From the NCBI GenBank assembly GCA_964016885.1, contig OZ024754.1, positions 28,024,001-28,088,000 of the forward strand: a stretch of DNA of 64,000 nucleotides, written 5' to 3'. Positions within the stretch are counted from its first letter, which is position 1, and every line of letters begins with the position of its first letter. Positions 1-13,434 of this stretch are shown here, piece after piece. The notes below the pieces were generated by a model. That model did no database searches. It saw only the letters and a program-made list of their open reading frames with translations, and was not told the origin of the DNA. This DNA is from Eledone cirrhosa. Lineage: Eukaryota. A program made the position numbers and the translations under genes.

Positions 1-323
1 TTCTATATTGAAAATAAACATGTATATTTAGAAAGAGTTCTTACATAAAATTGTGATAAAGGTTTTTAGATAAATACAGAAACTTTTGTTATCATATTTC
101 TAATGGAAAAACACTGCTGATAATTTTCAAATAATTTTGAAAATAATCATATAGTGGTTGGAACAAATCTTGGAACAATACAAATTACATATAATTATGA
201 TAGAAGGTTATTATCATAAGATAACTATAAACACTTAAAAACAAAGTTTTGTACCAACAAACCAGAGTCAGCATCAGGTGGGTTGCTGTCAAAAGGGTTA
301 TATTTTCAATGAAAGACACTGAT

Positions 324-800
324 TCATCATCATCATCATCGTTTTTAACATCCTCTTTTCCACGCTTGCATGGGTTGGACAGGTCCTCAACATGGCTTCT
401 CTCCACATGTCGAAATCCTTTGTCATTGCCTCTGTGAGTTTCAGTGATTTGAAATCATCTCTCACAACTTCTTCTCCCGAGGTCATTTTTGCTCAACCTC
501 TACCACAGCTTTCTTCCACTGGCATTTCCTGGCACTTTTTCAGCCAGCGATCATTGTCAATGCATATCATAAGTCCAATCTAGCGCAGTCTTCTTTCCTG
601 CACACCGCTTCAGATTCCTCTTAAACCCAGCTTCTCCTTCAACTCGTCCAAGCTCTGCCTTTCTCTCACATTTACATAGCACATCAAATGGAGCATGGTT
701 GCTTCATTTCTCTCCAGTCTAAACATGTCCTCTGCAATTACAGCTCATGTTTCACAACCATGCAGCATCACACTTCACACACAGGCGTCATAGTCATTCT
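324..800 (-). mobile_element. Degenerate RTE LINE 3' fragment with (GAT)n tail
   Basis: Its reverse complement resembles the 3' ends of the RTE copies at 15.2-15.8 kb, including the (CAT)n tail. Confidence 0.65.
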
Positions 801-1007
801 TTTGCATGTATATAATTTTCAAATAATTTTGAAAATAATCAATAACTTGGAGGGTCCAATACCTCATTATCAAGCTGGGGTTTGGAACATAAATGTTCAT
901 ACATATTATAGTACAAGGTTTTTAGATAAATATAAACACACTTCAACAAACAGTTTTATATTGTAGAATCAGAGGCAATTTCATATAAAAAAAGATTATT
1001 GTCTTAC

Positions 1008-1110
1008 CTTCTCAAATATATGTACAATAATTGTGACACAGGGATTTTCCTTGTCAATAGAATCAACAAAATTGGTTGATGCCAAGTTAATCACTTTTCC
1101 AAACTTTGGT
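1008..1110 (-). CDS. PDCL: Phosducin-like protein, coding exon 4 (PKFGKVINLASTNFVDSIDKENPCVTIIVHIFEK); gene continues beyond the left edge
   Basis: Start of the phosducin thioredoxin-like domain. Phase fits exon 3; TAG acceptor and GTAAGA donor. Confidence 0.92.
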
Positions 1111-1539
1111 CTAGATAAAAACAGACAATAAAATAATAATTATTATCATTATAAAGTAATTAGAGAGAAGTATGAATATTTATAAGATATAAATATATAT
1201 TTATACACTTGGGTTATATATTACATTATGTGTACATGTATATGAATACATAATAAATATATATATATATATATATAAACTTCGAAGTTAATAAATATGA
1301 ATGGACTTTGAATGATGGAAGAGTTAAAGATTTTTACATACTTGGATTCAGGCAACGGATTGAGATGAAATGATATATATATATATCATCATTTCATTTT
1401 ACGTCCGCTTTTTCCCTGCTTGCAAGGGTATATATATATAAATATGTATACACACATATATAATTATGATATAGCTATATATACATACAACCATATGTAT
1501 GTATATATATAATTATGATGTAACTATATATATACTCAC

Positions 1540-1679
1540 ATATTATCTAGCTGTTTTCTCATATCTTCTAATCTCCTCCTCCGGTACTCTTTGATAAACT
1601 CGTCCTCTAAGTCTTCCAATTCTTTCTCAATATCTTGCATAAATCTATTATCTTTCTCCTTCTCTTTCTCATCATCTAG
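1540..1679 (-). CDS. PDCL: Phosducin-like protein, coding exon 3 (LDDEKEKEKDNRFMQD...DEFIKEYRRRRLEDMRKQLDN)
   Basis: Manual translation shows the DEF..YR..R.E.M phosducin motif. CCTTAG acceptor, GTGAGT donor, ends in phase 2. Confidence 0.92.
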
Positions 1680-1796
1680 CTAAGGAAGAAAATACAGACA
1701 TATATGGAAGATGATGATGATGGTATATATATATATATAACTTTCTTTCCTCTTTCCATTATAAAGCGTTTTTTACGTCTGTTTGTTGTCACCTAG

Positions 1797-1838
<42 letters not shown>

Positions 1839-2866
1839 CAAGGTAACAACCAACAGAGGTACAAAAAGTCTTATTAGTTTCACGCTTTATATTGGAAAGA
1901 GGAATGAAAGTTCGATGTGTCAGGCTTAAACTCTTCTTCAGGAGTACAGAGACAGGATCACAATGGAGTAACAGAAAGAATGTCCGGTAAAGACACAAAA
2001 AAATGAAAATGAGAAGGGAAAACAAAAAAGCCGTTAGGTAGTTTTGGTAAGGAGTAGGAACACAAGGTGGAGTGTGTGTGTATTACTATCGTTATGTGTG
2101 TAAGTGTAAGTTTAAACGTGTGTGATTTAGGTAAAATGTGTAAATAACAAAGATAGTGAGTGTTAGTGGTAGTGGACATGTATGTGTGAGTGAATGTAAG
2201 TTTTAATGTGTGTACTGTTTATGTGTTGAAGTAATTTTGTGTGTGTGTATAAAGTATCGGTGGTGTAGCGTATGTCCGTGAGAATGGTAGATTAGTATGT
2301 GTGCATGTATGATAAATTATAATGTGTGTATATATGAAGTTGATAATGTGGACGTGAAAAGTATCTAACTAGGGCGGTGCCCCAGCATGGCCTCAGCCGG
2401 ATGGCTGAAACAGGTAAAAGAGTAACTGTGATATATATGTAAGCATGTATGTATCAACAAGTGTCATAGGGAAAAGGACGTAGTTTAGTGTGTGATAGAG
2501 AGTATATGACAGAGCAGATTAAATGAAGATGGGTGAGGCATTAAGGTGAGGGGAATAAAGGTTTGTAAGGCAAAAATACACATACATATACACAGATATT
2601 AGAATGTGTGCTTAAAATATCACAGTAGTTAAAACATTCAATTGTAGGGATGCATGTCATTGATGTTATTTCTCCTATGGGTGGATGTTTTGTGCATTGT
2701 TGATAGAAGTGTGCATGTGTGCATTAGGAGAATCAAACAAGAACGAGAACTCCTATAGCCTAAGTTGATCCAAGTCTTTTAGAAGTTGCTTCCTAGTTCA
2801 GGGAGACATTGCTCTCTATTTATTTGAGATTTTGTAAAGATTTAAAAGTTGCTTCCTATAACTTAC

Positions 2867-2992
2867 ATGAGACCTACATGTCATAGATAGTTTCTTCAAG
2901 AGTTCCTGCTTCTCTCGTTCCTGTTCCAGCCGTTTCTCATTCTCCAGCTTTTTGAATTGACGCCAATCATTGATGACTCCCTTCACACCAGT
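2867..2992 (-). CDS. PDCL: Phosducin-like protein, coding exon 2 (TGVKGVINDWRQFKKLE...LSMTCRSH)
   Basis: Matches the phosducin G-beta-gamma-binding motif TGPKGVINDWR. TTGCAG acceptor, GTAAGT donor, 42 codons. Confidence 0.95.
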
Positions 2993-3116
2993 CTGCAACA
3001 GAGAATATCTTAGAATTAATTTCAGGAAACATATTTACATACTAGAGATGGAATTATTTACATGTAGTTATATGTGCCATGGGAGATGATAATATAACAT
3101 ACATATATAACATATA

Positions 3117-3176
<60 letters not shown>

Positions 3177-3379
3177 CAAGGATAATGGTTACATTTACTG
3201 GTTGGTGATGCACGTTTCGGTTTCAGAAGATCCCGTTAAGGGTGAAAGCACCGATTCTTTGCTTAAACTTTAATCTGTTATTTTAATAAATATTTGCTCT
3301 ACGGTTCTTATATATTTGATATATATTTATCCTTATCGAGCCCTCTTTGGATTTTAGTCTTCAAATTTATTATTATTAT

Positions 3380-3509
<130 letters not shown>

Positions 3510-4094
3510 AAAGGTGTTTTGAAACAGCGAGCAAGTTTGAAAATAGAAATGGAAGCTTTTGCTGAATTTTTTACTAAAGAAATTTTTTAGCCTGATAGTG
3601 GGGTTTAGAACTCTCTAAGATATGGAAAAAGATGAGTATTGTACGTCAATACTCAATGCCATATACTGGCACTCCGTTGGTCAGGACAATGAGTCTTCCA
3701 GTTGATATGATCAATGAAACAGTGAAGGAAACTGCAGTAGAGGTAGACCAGAGACCTGGGTTGAGGTTGTGACTCTGAGAGCAGATGACAAAGGAACACG
3801 CTGAATGGATAGATGGCATGCTGAGAAGGACCCGTCCAACCCATGCAAGCATGTAAAAACGGTCATAAAAACGATGATGATGATGATATATATTTATGTG
3901 TGTGTGTATATATCCGGGAGCTTCCAACAGAAATGGTCGCATTCTTTAAGGGTATGTCAATATTTATTTATAAAACTGCTCTATATCATATTTTATCTGA
4001 TAAAAGCACACTATAATTTAACTTGGTGTCCTTGAAATATGTATAATGAAATAAATATGGTTTTATAAATATAGTTTCCATTTGTTAATATATC

Positions 4095-4135
<41 letters not shown>

Positions 4136-4191
4136 AAGATATGAAAACATATATTCACACATACACAAAGAAACATAAAATTCAACCTTAC

Positions 4192-4383
4192 ATTAGTACA
4201 TGTTCCTTCATATTCTTTGATCTCTGGTTCAGGAATAAAAGTAGGCTCCCGAATAGACTTCTTGGACATGACTCCCTCACCCTCTTGATCATTGTCATTC
4301 TCATCCTCTTCTTCCTCTTCACTACTACTGCAATAATAGTGGGTCTTTTCCCCGACCAGTTTATCGTCCATAGACAGTGACAT
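4192..4383 (-). CDS. PDCL: Phosducin-like protein, first coding exon (MSLSMDDKLVGEKTHYYCSSSEEE...YEGTCTN)
   Basis: PhLP1 N-terminal motif DDKL.GEK..YYCSSSE. Acceptor AG at 4396-4397 just upstream of the ATG; GTAAGG donor below 4192; 64 codons, phase 0. Confidence 0.93.
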
Positions 4384-6399
4384 GTTGACAAAGATCTACA
4401 AAAATAATGGTTTCTTAGGCACAAGTCCAACAATTCTTTTTTTTTTGGGGGGGGGGGGGGTCGATTAAATTGACTTCAGTATGTGACTGGTACTTTATTA
4501 TTTCATCGACCTCATAAAGATGAAAGACAAAGCTAACATCGGCAGGATTTGAACTCAGAACTTAAAGGGCCGTAACTAAATGCTACAATACATTTTGTGA
4601 GCGTCGGACAAAATGCATTGTAGCATTTAGTCACGCCCATTTACGTTCTGAGTTCAAATCCTGCAAATGTTAGCTTTGCCTTTCATCTTTACGGGATCGA
4701 TATAAATATAATCAAAACAAACTAGAAATATATATTCTTTCATTATTTCAATCATTACACTACGGTTATACTGTGGCACCGCCTTGAACGAATTGAATCG
4801 ATCAACCCTAGTGTTTGATTTTTTTTTCCAAGTGCAATTCAACGGATCTATTGCGCATTCTATGCTCATAGATATGGACACATACACCCAAGCCGGCGAA
4901 AGAGCCCTAACGAACTCTAACCTGTATGTATATATGCAAGGAATCCAGTGAATCGAACGATATAGTTTCAGTTTTCTCTTTTTATTATTTTGGCACAAGA
5001 CAGGAATTTATTATGGGGACGAAACGGGATGTTGTGATGTTCACACGTTTGCCAAGAATAATGTAAACAAAATATCGTAGTAATGGCGAGTCAACAAAGC
5101 AGCGTCAATGTAGACGTTGGAACTGCGAGATTTAGTAGTCAAATCTCTCCCCTTAAATCACAGCCTATCGTATAAACAAAGCCAGCATGCATTGAACAAA
5201 CTGACAGTGTTTGAAAGAAAACGTCAGAATTGTCACATTTGGAACGCCTTTAGTTTTAAATCTGTGATCTCACTGCGAACATGGTGGTTAAACCAAACCT
5301 CTCCGACTCGTACGAACCCAGAGGGGTTCAACTAAAATATTTAGATGAGTTCGCGATAAAAATGGGATGATTTACAAGTCAAATTTGATAGGTTTTCATA
5401 TTCTAAACCTTGTTTTGATATCTTATTTCTTTATGAAATAGTATATAATAATTGTTTCTACTTTTGGCACAAGGCCAGCAATTAGCCGGTGTATTACTGG
5501 TACTTTATTTTTGATCGACCCCGTAAGGATGAAAGACAAAGTTAACCTCGGCGGGATTTGAACTCAGAATGGCAAGGGCCGTAACACTATACGCCAAAGC
5601 ATGGCGTCCGGCCTTCTACCGATATTGCCAATCATAATAATGACATGGCGTAATTTTTGTTGATTTTTTTTCTTTTGTTTATTTTTATAAGGGAAAAGAT
5701 TAAAATTGACAGAATTTTATTATCATATAACAAATATATAATATAAAAAAAATACATACATATAATGAATTAATTATTGTTAGGAACCTTATAATGTGTA
5801 CATATATATTTTTCCATTATCAAGGATAAGGCTTTATATATATATATATACCAGTAATATTTGCGATTCATATTTTTTAAGGGTTCTATTTAAATCTCTA
5901 GGCAATATTTAAGGTTTTAATCGTGAAAAAAAAGGCTGAAGATCACAGGGCGTAACAACGATTTTTACAATTTAACAAGTATAAAATATATGAAAATATC
6001 GAACAAAAAGTTCATGAAAATATTTTTAAAAAAACATGAAATACATCTAAATTTAAAAATCGATATATTTTATTATGGCTGAATAGTGAGTCTTTGTTAC
6101 TCTGGAATTTCGTCTGTTTATCACAGGGTGAGTAAACAGGCGAAACTCCGGGGTAACAAGACTCACTATTTAGCCATAATAAAATGAATATTAAAACTCT
6201 ATTTCGGTATTGAGTGCTCCTTTCTCTCAGCACTCAAATCCATACGGACACACATATATATATACATTTAAAAGATTTTATAATATAGCAAACAGAGAAA
6301 ATACGACGATGATAATATATTAATATAAACATACTGTGTATTATATATATGTATATATATACAGGAAGTATATACGTATATGATTTATAAATTAAAGAT

Positions 6400-6640
6400 C
6401 CTTTCTTCGAACGGAAAGTAAAAGTTGCTGCAATGTTTATAAGTAAACGTCTTGCCTTTTAAACCGTTTATTATTTCTGGTTCCGATCGACCTTGTTCAT
6501 GCGCACTTAATCAGCTTCCGGTCTTAGCTAATTTTGTTTTAATTGCCGACAGAAAGCACTTTGGTGTTTCTCTAATATATATTATATAAAATATATTTTC
6601 TGTAAATTATTTATCTATTTATTAATCTAACATAGACACA
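6400..6640. promoter_or_regulatory. Putative shared (bidirectional) promoter region of PDCL and NAA10
   Basis: The divergent start codons are 2.26 kb apart. This CpG-richer patch has an ETS-like CTTCCGG and a TGCGCA motif. The TSS cannot be placed from sequence. Confidence 0.45.
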
Positions 6641-6642
6641 TC

Positions 6643-6663
6643 ATGAATATACGATGTGCCACT
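6643..6663 (+). CDS. NAA10: N-alpha-acetyltransferase 10 (NatA catalytic subunit), coding exon 1, MNIRCAT
   Basis: ATGAATATACGATGTGCCACT followed by GTGAGT. Matches the MNIRxA N-terminus and joins exon 2 in frame. Confidence 0.88.
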
Positions 6664-6752
6664 GTGAGTATAATGTTTTTATTTTAATGTGATGCCTGTT
6701 TATAGATCGTTGTAGTATGTAGTAAGAATTAATATGAGTCCTTCATGTAATG

Positions 6753-6790
<38 letters not shown>

Positions 6791-7396
6791 CAAATGTGCA
6801 CGTTTTTCCTATATATCATTTTTAAAAAGATCCTTTGGTTGAATCGTTTGAGAATTTTTCTTTCGTACATATATGTATAGATATATATGTATATACACAC
6901 AAATATTTATATGCACATACATATACACATGGGTACGTACATACATGTTTATTTTTTAGCTACTGATTTATATGTGATTATATATATGTATATGTGTGTA
7001 TAAATATGTATGTATGAATTATGGTATTAAGAGAACTAATCCAAATTATTTGATTAAAAAAACCAAGGGAAGCCAGTGAATGGTCTTTCTGCTTGCTAGA
7101 TATATGTCCTCTTATTCGTCCTAAGTAATGAACACATTTATTTGGTAATATGTTTTACTGAATTAAATTAACAAGTTATGAAAAAGACGGCTAAAAATAT
7201 TTTAAAGCTAAAATTCAGGCAAAAACATTTCTTTGGTAAATGACGCCACAAAAAAAGAAACAAATTTAAATATATACGTCTCTTTCAAACTGATTAATAT
7301 AGACACGGTGTTCCAAAAAATGTATACACACGTTAACAGCATTCTAATAAATATTGCCTGTACAGGTAATCAAAATGTGTATACATTTGAGAGGAG

Positions 7397-7447
<51 letters not shown>

Positions 7448-7584
7448 GTATGTATGTAAGTATATATATATATATATATATATAAGTGGAAGGGATATTT
7501 AATTTGTTGGAAATTCAACAAATATAAATGTTTATAACTGATTCAGAGCACTCGACAGTTTCTGGAGTAAATATTCAATGATAA

Positions 7585-7616
<32 letters not shown>

Positions 7617-7798
7617 AGTATATACGTATGTAAGTATATATGTATGTATGTAAGTATATATGTATGTATGTAAGTAAAAAATGTATGTATGTAAGTATAT
7701 ATGTATGTAAGTATATATGTATGAATGTAAGTATATATGTAAGTATGTATGTAAGTATATATATATATATGTATGTAAGTATATATATATATATATAT

Positions 7799-8120
7799 GG
7801 CACATGGCTTAGTGGTTAGAGCATTGGCCTTGCAATCGAAAGGTTGTGAGTTCAATTCTCAGACCGGGTGATGTGTTGAGACACTTTATTTCACATTGCT
7901 CCAGTTTACTCAGCTGTAGCAATGAGATGATAGGGACAGGGACCCCAGTCCCTATCATTCCATTGCAAAGTGGTCGTGGAGGTGCCACGGCAAAAAACCA
8001 CCCAGCACTCACTGTAAATGAGGTTGGTGTTAGGAAAGGCATCCAGCTGTAGAAATCAAGCCAGAATCAGTTCCCGTCCCACCCTTGCAAGCAGGGAAAA
8101 GCGGAAATGAAATGAAATGA
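7799..8120 (+). mobile_element. tRNA-derived SINE with RTE-derived tail
   Basis: A-box TGGCTTAGTGG, B-box GTTCAATTC, then a tail shared with the RTE 3'UTR (GGTTGGTGTTAGGAA.GGCATCCAGC). Near-identical to 41500-41838. Confidence 0.85.
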
Positions 8121-8206
8121 AATGTAAGTATAAATGTATGTAAATATATATATGTATGTATGTAAGTATATATATATGTATGTACATATATATGTATGTA
8201 TGTATA

Positions 8207-9505
8207 TAAACTTGGTTGCCCTGATAAGTTCCTTGCTTTGGTTAGGTCTTTCTGGCATACCGTTGACATGAACCCAAGCCTTCATGTCAACGGTATGCCA
8301 GAACCTATCTCAGTGAAAAATGGAGTGAAACGGTGGGGATATTCCAGCACCGATCCTATTTGCCATATTGCATTCAGGAATTACAAGCATGGTATTTACA
8401 TCTACTATCAAACCTCTGGCAGCATATTTAACATCAGGCTGCAAACACAAAAGTATTTACATCAATCATTACAGACCTCTTGAATGCAGATGATTGCGTT
8501 CTTGTAGCGCACATAGAGATTGATATGCAGCACATTTTGAATGCAATTTCTGATGCTTGTCTGTCAGTCTCAAGAAAACCGTTGTCCTGTACCAACCTGC
8601 CCCTGGTAAGCAGTACAGTGAACCAAATATCTATGTGTATGGTAAACGAGTTTGTCTACCTGGGAAGCACTGTTGATTGATACAGCTATCTTGATAATGA
8701 AATTCCACTCGGGATTAGGAAAGCTACAAAGTAGCCTCTGGGGTTGGCGAGACATATGCAAGACAAAGGTAAAGGTGTACAAGGCATGTCTGCTCTCTTC
8801 TCTTCTTTATGCCTGCGAGACCTGGGTCACATATTGACACCACCTTAAACAGTTGGAATGTTTTCATCAGATGTGTCTCAGACGCATCCATGGCGTTCAC
8901 TGGAGGGACTACATCTGTGATGTAGAGATTTTGGAAAGCTCTCTGTGTGAAAGCATAGAAGCTTTGTTCTTAAACAAAGACTCCAATGGAGTGGTCACCT
9001 TGACAGGATGAAGGATTCTAGGATACCAAAACAACTCTTTTATGGAGAGTTAGTTAAAGGAAAACAACTGCCACATAAACCAAAAAAGAGGTATATGGAT
9101 TCGATGAAAGATGCTAACATCTCTGCTGATACATGGGAAAGTGTAGCTGCTGATCGTAATAAATGGAGAAAGACTGTACATGACGGGAAAGTTGCTTTTG
9201 AAGCATCTCGAATCATACGAGAAAGTAAAAAGGGATGTGAGGAAAGGCATTGCTGTTGCATGTCCAGACAGCGACGGTCCTCCTATGCCGCTGACATGCA
9301 GGGTCTGTGCAAGACTCTGCTTCAGCAAAGTTTGACTCGAATGTCATCTTCACAGTCATAAAGTGGTTTATTACCAGGCTGCTGTTGGAGATGCTACTCA
9401 TCATGCCTGCCAAGCATGTGGAAGAGAATGTAGATCAGCAGGAGGGCTCAAACGACATGCAAAAGTACATGAAATCCAACCACAGCCGGCTATTGCCAGT
9501 AAATT
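8207..9505 (+). mobile_element. Degenerate RTE (BovB-like) LINE, RT C-terminus plus C2H2 finger
   Basis: Fragments KLGCPDKF, ADDCVL, FVYLGS, LLYACETW, RIPKQLFYGEL and CQACGRECRSAGGLKRH, broken by frameshifts. Confidence 0.85.
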
Positions 9506-9598
9506 AATATATATATATATTTTTTTTCGTGCAATGGCCATACTCGATAACGAGGAGGCGGCCATCATATATATATATATATATCCTATTTATTATTG

Positions 9599-10840
9599 CT
9601 ATAACAGGAGTTTAAGACCGGCTGCCCATGGGAACTCCTATACGCAGATGATCTCTCATAGCTGAATCTATGGTTGAACTAGAGAAGAAATTCCAAACAT
9701 GGAAGCATGGCCTAGAAGTTCTAGTATGTAGAAAGGAAAATAGGGCACAGGTGCCCCTGGGAAATGGCCATGCTCAGTGTGTAGGAAAGGAGTGGGTAGA
9801 AATTTCATTTTATGTCCCAAATGCAAACTATGGGTACATAAAAGATGTAGTGGGATCACAGATAAACTATCTAAGAATGTAGATTTTATATGTGGCCGAT
9901 GCTCATGTGCAATAAGTAGCAAGTGCCCACAGGAAACTAGCTCCTTCTATTGCCCAGATGGTTCTATAGAAATAGTGGACACTTTCTGTTACTTGGGTGA
10001 CAAAATCAGCAGTGGTGGAGGGTGCTCTGAAAGTACAGTAGCCAGAGTCAGAACCGGATGGAAAAATTTCAGAGAGCTTATACCGCTGTTGGCCACAAAA
10101 GGTTTCTCTCTAAAGATGAAAGGCAGATTGTATGATGCCTGTATACGAACAGCAATGTTACATGGCAGTGAGACCTGGGCATTGTGTGCAGAGGACCTGC
10201 GCAGACTGGAAAGGAACGAAGCTTGCATACTCCATTGGATGTGTATACGTGAACGGCAAAACATAAATGAACTAAGTGAGAAATTAGGAATAAGAGGGAT
10301 CAGATGCTGTTTACTTGAGAGAAGACTTTGTTGGTATGGTCACGTGATGCGCATGAAAGACGACAGCTGTATTAAAAAAAGTGCGGAGCGATCAAAATTG
10401 AGGGAAGCTTTGGCGCTACACAGTTATACAGAAGACCCCGCCTTGCCTATGTACAAAGCGAAACCTACAGTTAGTAGGCAACTCTTAACCCCAATTGACT
10501 ACTCCTACTCCATCCTCCCACTCCCACCAACACCACCCTTTCTCTGTAAAGTTGGTACCACAACATCCAGTCCAAATAAATGAGATCGAGATCGTGTAGG
10601 CGTCACGACAAAAAAACACAGTCCACGCTGTAATGTGGTCGTGTAGATAACACGGTAAAAAGTTCCCAGTTCCACACTGTAAATGTCGTTGGTGTTAGGA
10701 AGGGCTTCCAGCCGTAGAAGACCTACCAGATAGTCCTATACGAGCGAGACACGGTCACACGACCAACTTTGCTTCAGATTGGGACAACTCCCGTCTAACC
10801 CATGCTAGCGTGGAATATAGACGTTAAACGTTGATGATGA
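9599..10840 (+). mobile_element. 5'-truncated RTE LINE, same family as 13435-15796
   Basis: ELLYADDL-like region, Cys-rich finger, MLHGSETW, WYGHVMRM; 3' tail ending in GATGATGA. Confidence 0.9.
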
Positions 10841-10873
10841 TACATACTTATAGATAGATATAGATATCGCAAA

Positions 10874-11190
10874 GGCGCGTGGCTTAGTGGTTAGAGCATG
10901 GGGCTTGCAATCGGAAGGTTGTGTCCTTGAGCAAGATACTTTATTTCACGGTGCTCCAGTTTACTCAGCTGTAGAAATGAGTTGCGACGTCACTGGTGCC
11001 AGGCTGTCACTGGTGCGACCAGGCTGTCACTGGTGCCAGGACGTCACTGGTGCGACGTCACATTGCCTTTCCCTTGGTCATCATTGGTGGCGTAGAGAGG
11101 GGAGGCTGGGTTGCATGGGCAACTGCTGGTCTTCCACAAACAACCTTGCCCGGACTTGTAAATCCCATGGGCGCAAATTGTAAGACCCCC
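10874..11190 (+). mobile_element. tRNA-derived SINE with internal GTCACTGGTGC tandem repeats
   Basis: Same head and central CCTTGAGCAAGA(C/T)ACTTTA domain as the other SINEs; different tail. Confidence 0.75.
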
Positions 11191-12485
11191 CCCCCCCCCA
11201 GGGTAGGACGGGCTGTATTTTTGTGAGGGATCAGGTCGGGGAACCGTGAGTTCGCTCTCACAACTAATTTGGGCTTGTTTTCTACGGCTGGATGCCCTGC
11301 CTAACGCCAACCACATTTACAGTGTGTGGACTGGAAATTTATATTTATATATGTGTGTGTGTGTGCATGTATATATACATTAGCAGACAGATTGTAAACA
11401 TTTGTAGTGTTAGAGTCTAACACTTCATTTTTTTAAATGATACAGCTCGTCTAACTTGTGCAAGAATGGAAAATTGACGTAAAATAATTGTTTCTACTTT
11501 TGGCACAAGGCCAGCAATTAAACAGTGCATTACTGGTTCTTTATTTTATCGACCCCGTAAGGATGAAAGGCAAAGCTAACCTTGACGGGATTTGACGTAA
11601 AATAATGATATATATGACTATTTACTGGTTGTTGATGGAATACAACAAAGCAGATCGATAAAATAAGTGCCGGGCTTGAAAAAAATAAATGCTGGTGTCG
11701 ATATGAGTGAGTAAATCTCTTTAAGTCGATGCTTCAGCATAACCGCAGTCTAATGACTGAAATCGGTGAAACAAAAGAATTCCTGAATCAATTCACGACG
11801 CTCCTAATAAATATTCGAAATTTTCGTAGAATCAAATCAATTAAGTAGTCAAAGGGAAGTAAATCTTGACACATACAGCAGAAGGCCTCCACGATTTCTT
11901 TCCCTTTGACTGTTACTCGAGTTGGTTTAAATCGTTACGACACCAAGACCTGGTCGCTCTACCAGCTAAAAGTAACTTCAACAAAATAAATACATATATA
12001 AACAGACTAAGAAACACCAACATATTCGCCATAATAACATGTATAACTCTATAAGACATTCTTCATGAAAAACAACGAAGAAAGAGTAAGAGCAAAATAA
12101 ATGACGTAGACATTGGCGGTTGTCGCAAGCAGACGATAGTTACTGGTGTGTGTGTATGTCACTGTTTACCTGTTTCTCTGGTCATCATGTTTACTACTAC
12201 ATCGTCTCAAGTTATCTCTCTCTATGTATGTATATACACACATACATAATATGTATATCTGTATATAAACATATATACATGTATTTATATATATGTGTAT
12301 ATATATATATAATATAAAATCAAGAGATGGTTAAAAGAGTTCCATTATTATGCACATTTCAAAAACAAATATCATCATGGGATGATATTTGCGTTCTCAT
12401 CAGATAAAATAGGGAGACATGATATGAAGCTTAAAAAACACTTGCGTGCAGTGAAGTGTTTTTTAAGCTTCATATTATTTCTCCC

Positions 12486-12556
12486 TATTTTATCTGATGA
12501 GAACGCAAATATCATCCCATGATGATATTTGTTTTTGAAATGTGCATAATAAAATA
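12486..12556 (+). ncRNA. Type I hammerhead motif within a fold-back element (mirror copy on - strand ~12345-12410)
   Basis: UAUUUUAU-CUGAUGA-long stem II-GAAA-UGUGCA-UA-AUAAAAUA. Confidence 0.7.
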
Positions 12557-12999
12557 CATGGAACTCTTTTAACCATCTCTTGATTTTATATTATTTATAC
12601 TCCAGTCCTATAAACTGTTGAGTGCTACTTATCTGATACTTGCATTGCTTTATTGTGCTACAATAAAACTCACCTCCTACATATATATATAAATATATAA
12701 ATACATGTATATATATATATGTTTATGTAGGAAGATGGATGTGTTTGTGTGTGTACATATATATATATGGATTTGTATGTATTGGCAGTCATAACAACCT
12801 TCCTTAAGTTATGTTCCTAATCACCACACACACACACAATACATATATGTATATACATATGTACGTACATATATATCTAAATATATGCATACATGTGTTG
12901 TGTGTATATATAAATAAACACAATTGGTGTGTGTATATATATGTGTGTGTGTTGTGTGTATATATAAATAAACACAATTGGTGTGTATATATATGTGTG

Positions 13000-13364
13000 T
13001 GTGTTGTTTCCTTGAGCAAGACACTTTATTTCACATTGCTCCAGTTTACTCAGCTGTAGAAATGAGATGATAGGACTGGGGTCCCTATCATTCCACTGCA
13101 AAGTGGTCGTGGAGGTGCCACGGCAAAAAAGCACCCAGTCCACACTGTAAAGTGGACGTGTATGCGCCACAGAAAAAAAAAAGCACCCAGCACTCACTGT
13201 AAATGAGGTTGGTGTTAGGAAGGGCATCCAGCTGTAGAGATCAAGCCAGAATCAGTTCCTGTATGATCGAGATAAGGTCAGCCGACCGGGCACTGCCCAC
13301 AACAGGACAACCCGTCTAACCCATGCTAGCGTGGAACAACAGACGTAAAACGGTGATGATGATG
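13000..13364 (+). mobile_element. 5'-truncated SINE with RTE tail
   Basis: Central domain and tail match 41500-41838. Confidence 0.75.
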
Positions 13365-13434
13365 ATATATATACACGTGTGTGTGTATATATATAAATAA
13401 ACACAATCGGTATATATATATATATCTTGATCAC

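Noticed and set aside
1861-1950. Hammerhead on the - strand (CUGAAGA...)
   Set aside because: Could not place GAAA, stem III and stem I consistently, although the repeat has a short inverted copy near 1741.
7799-7870. tRNA genes (also at 41500 and 25515)
   Set aside because: A/B boxes run into repeated SINE bodies and there is no complete cloverleaf or terminator.
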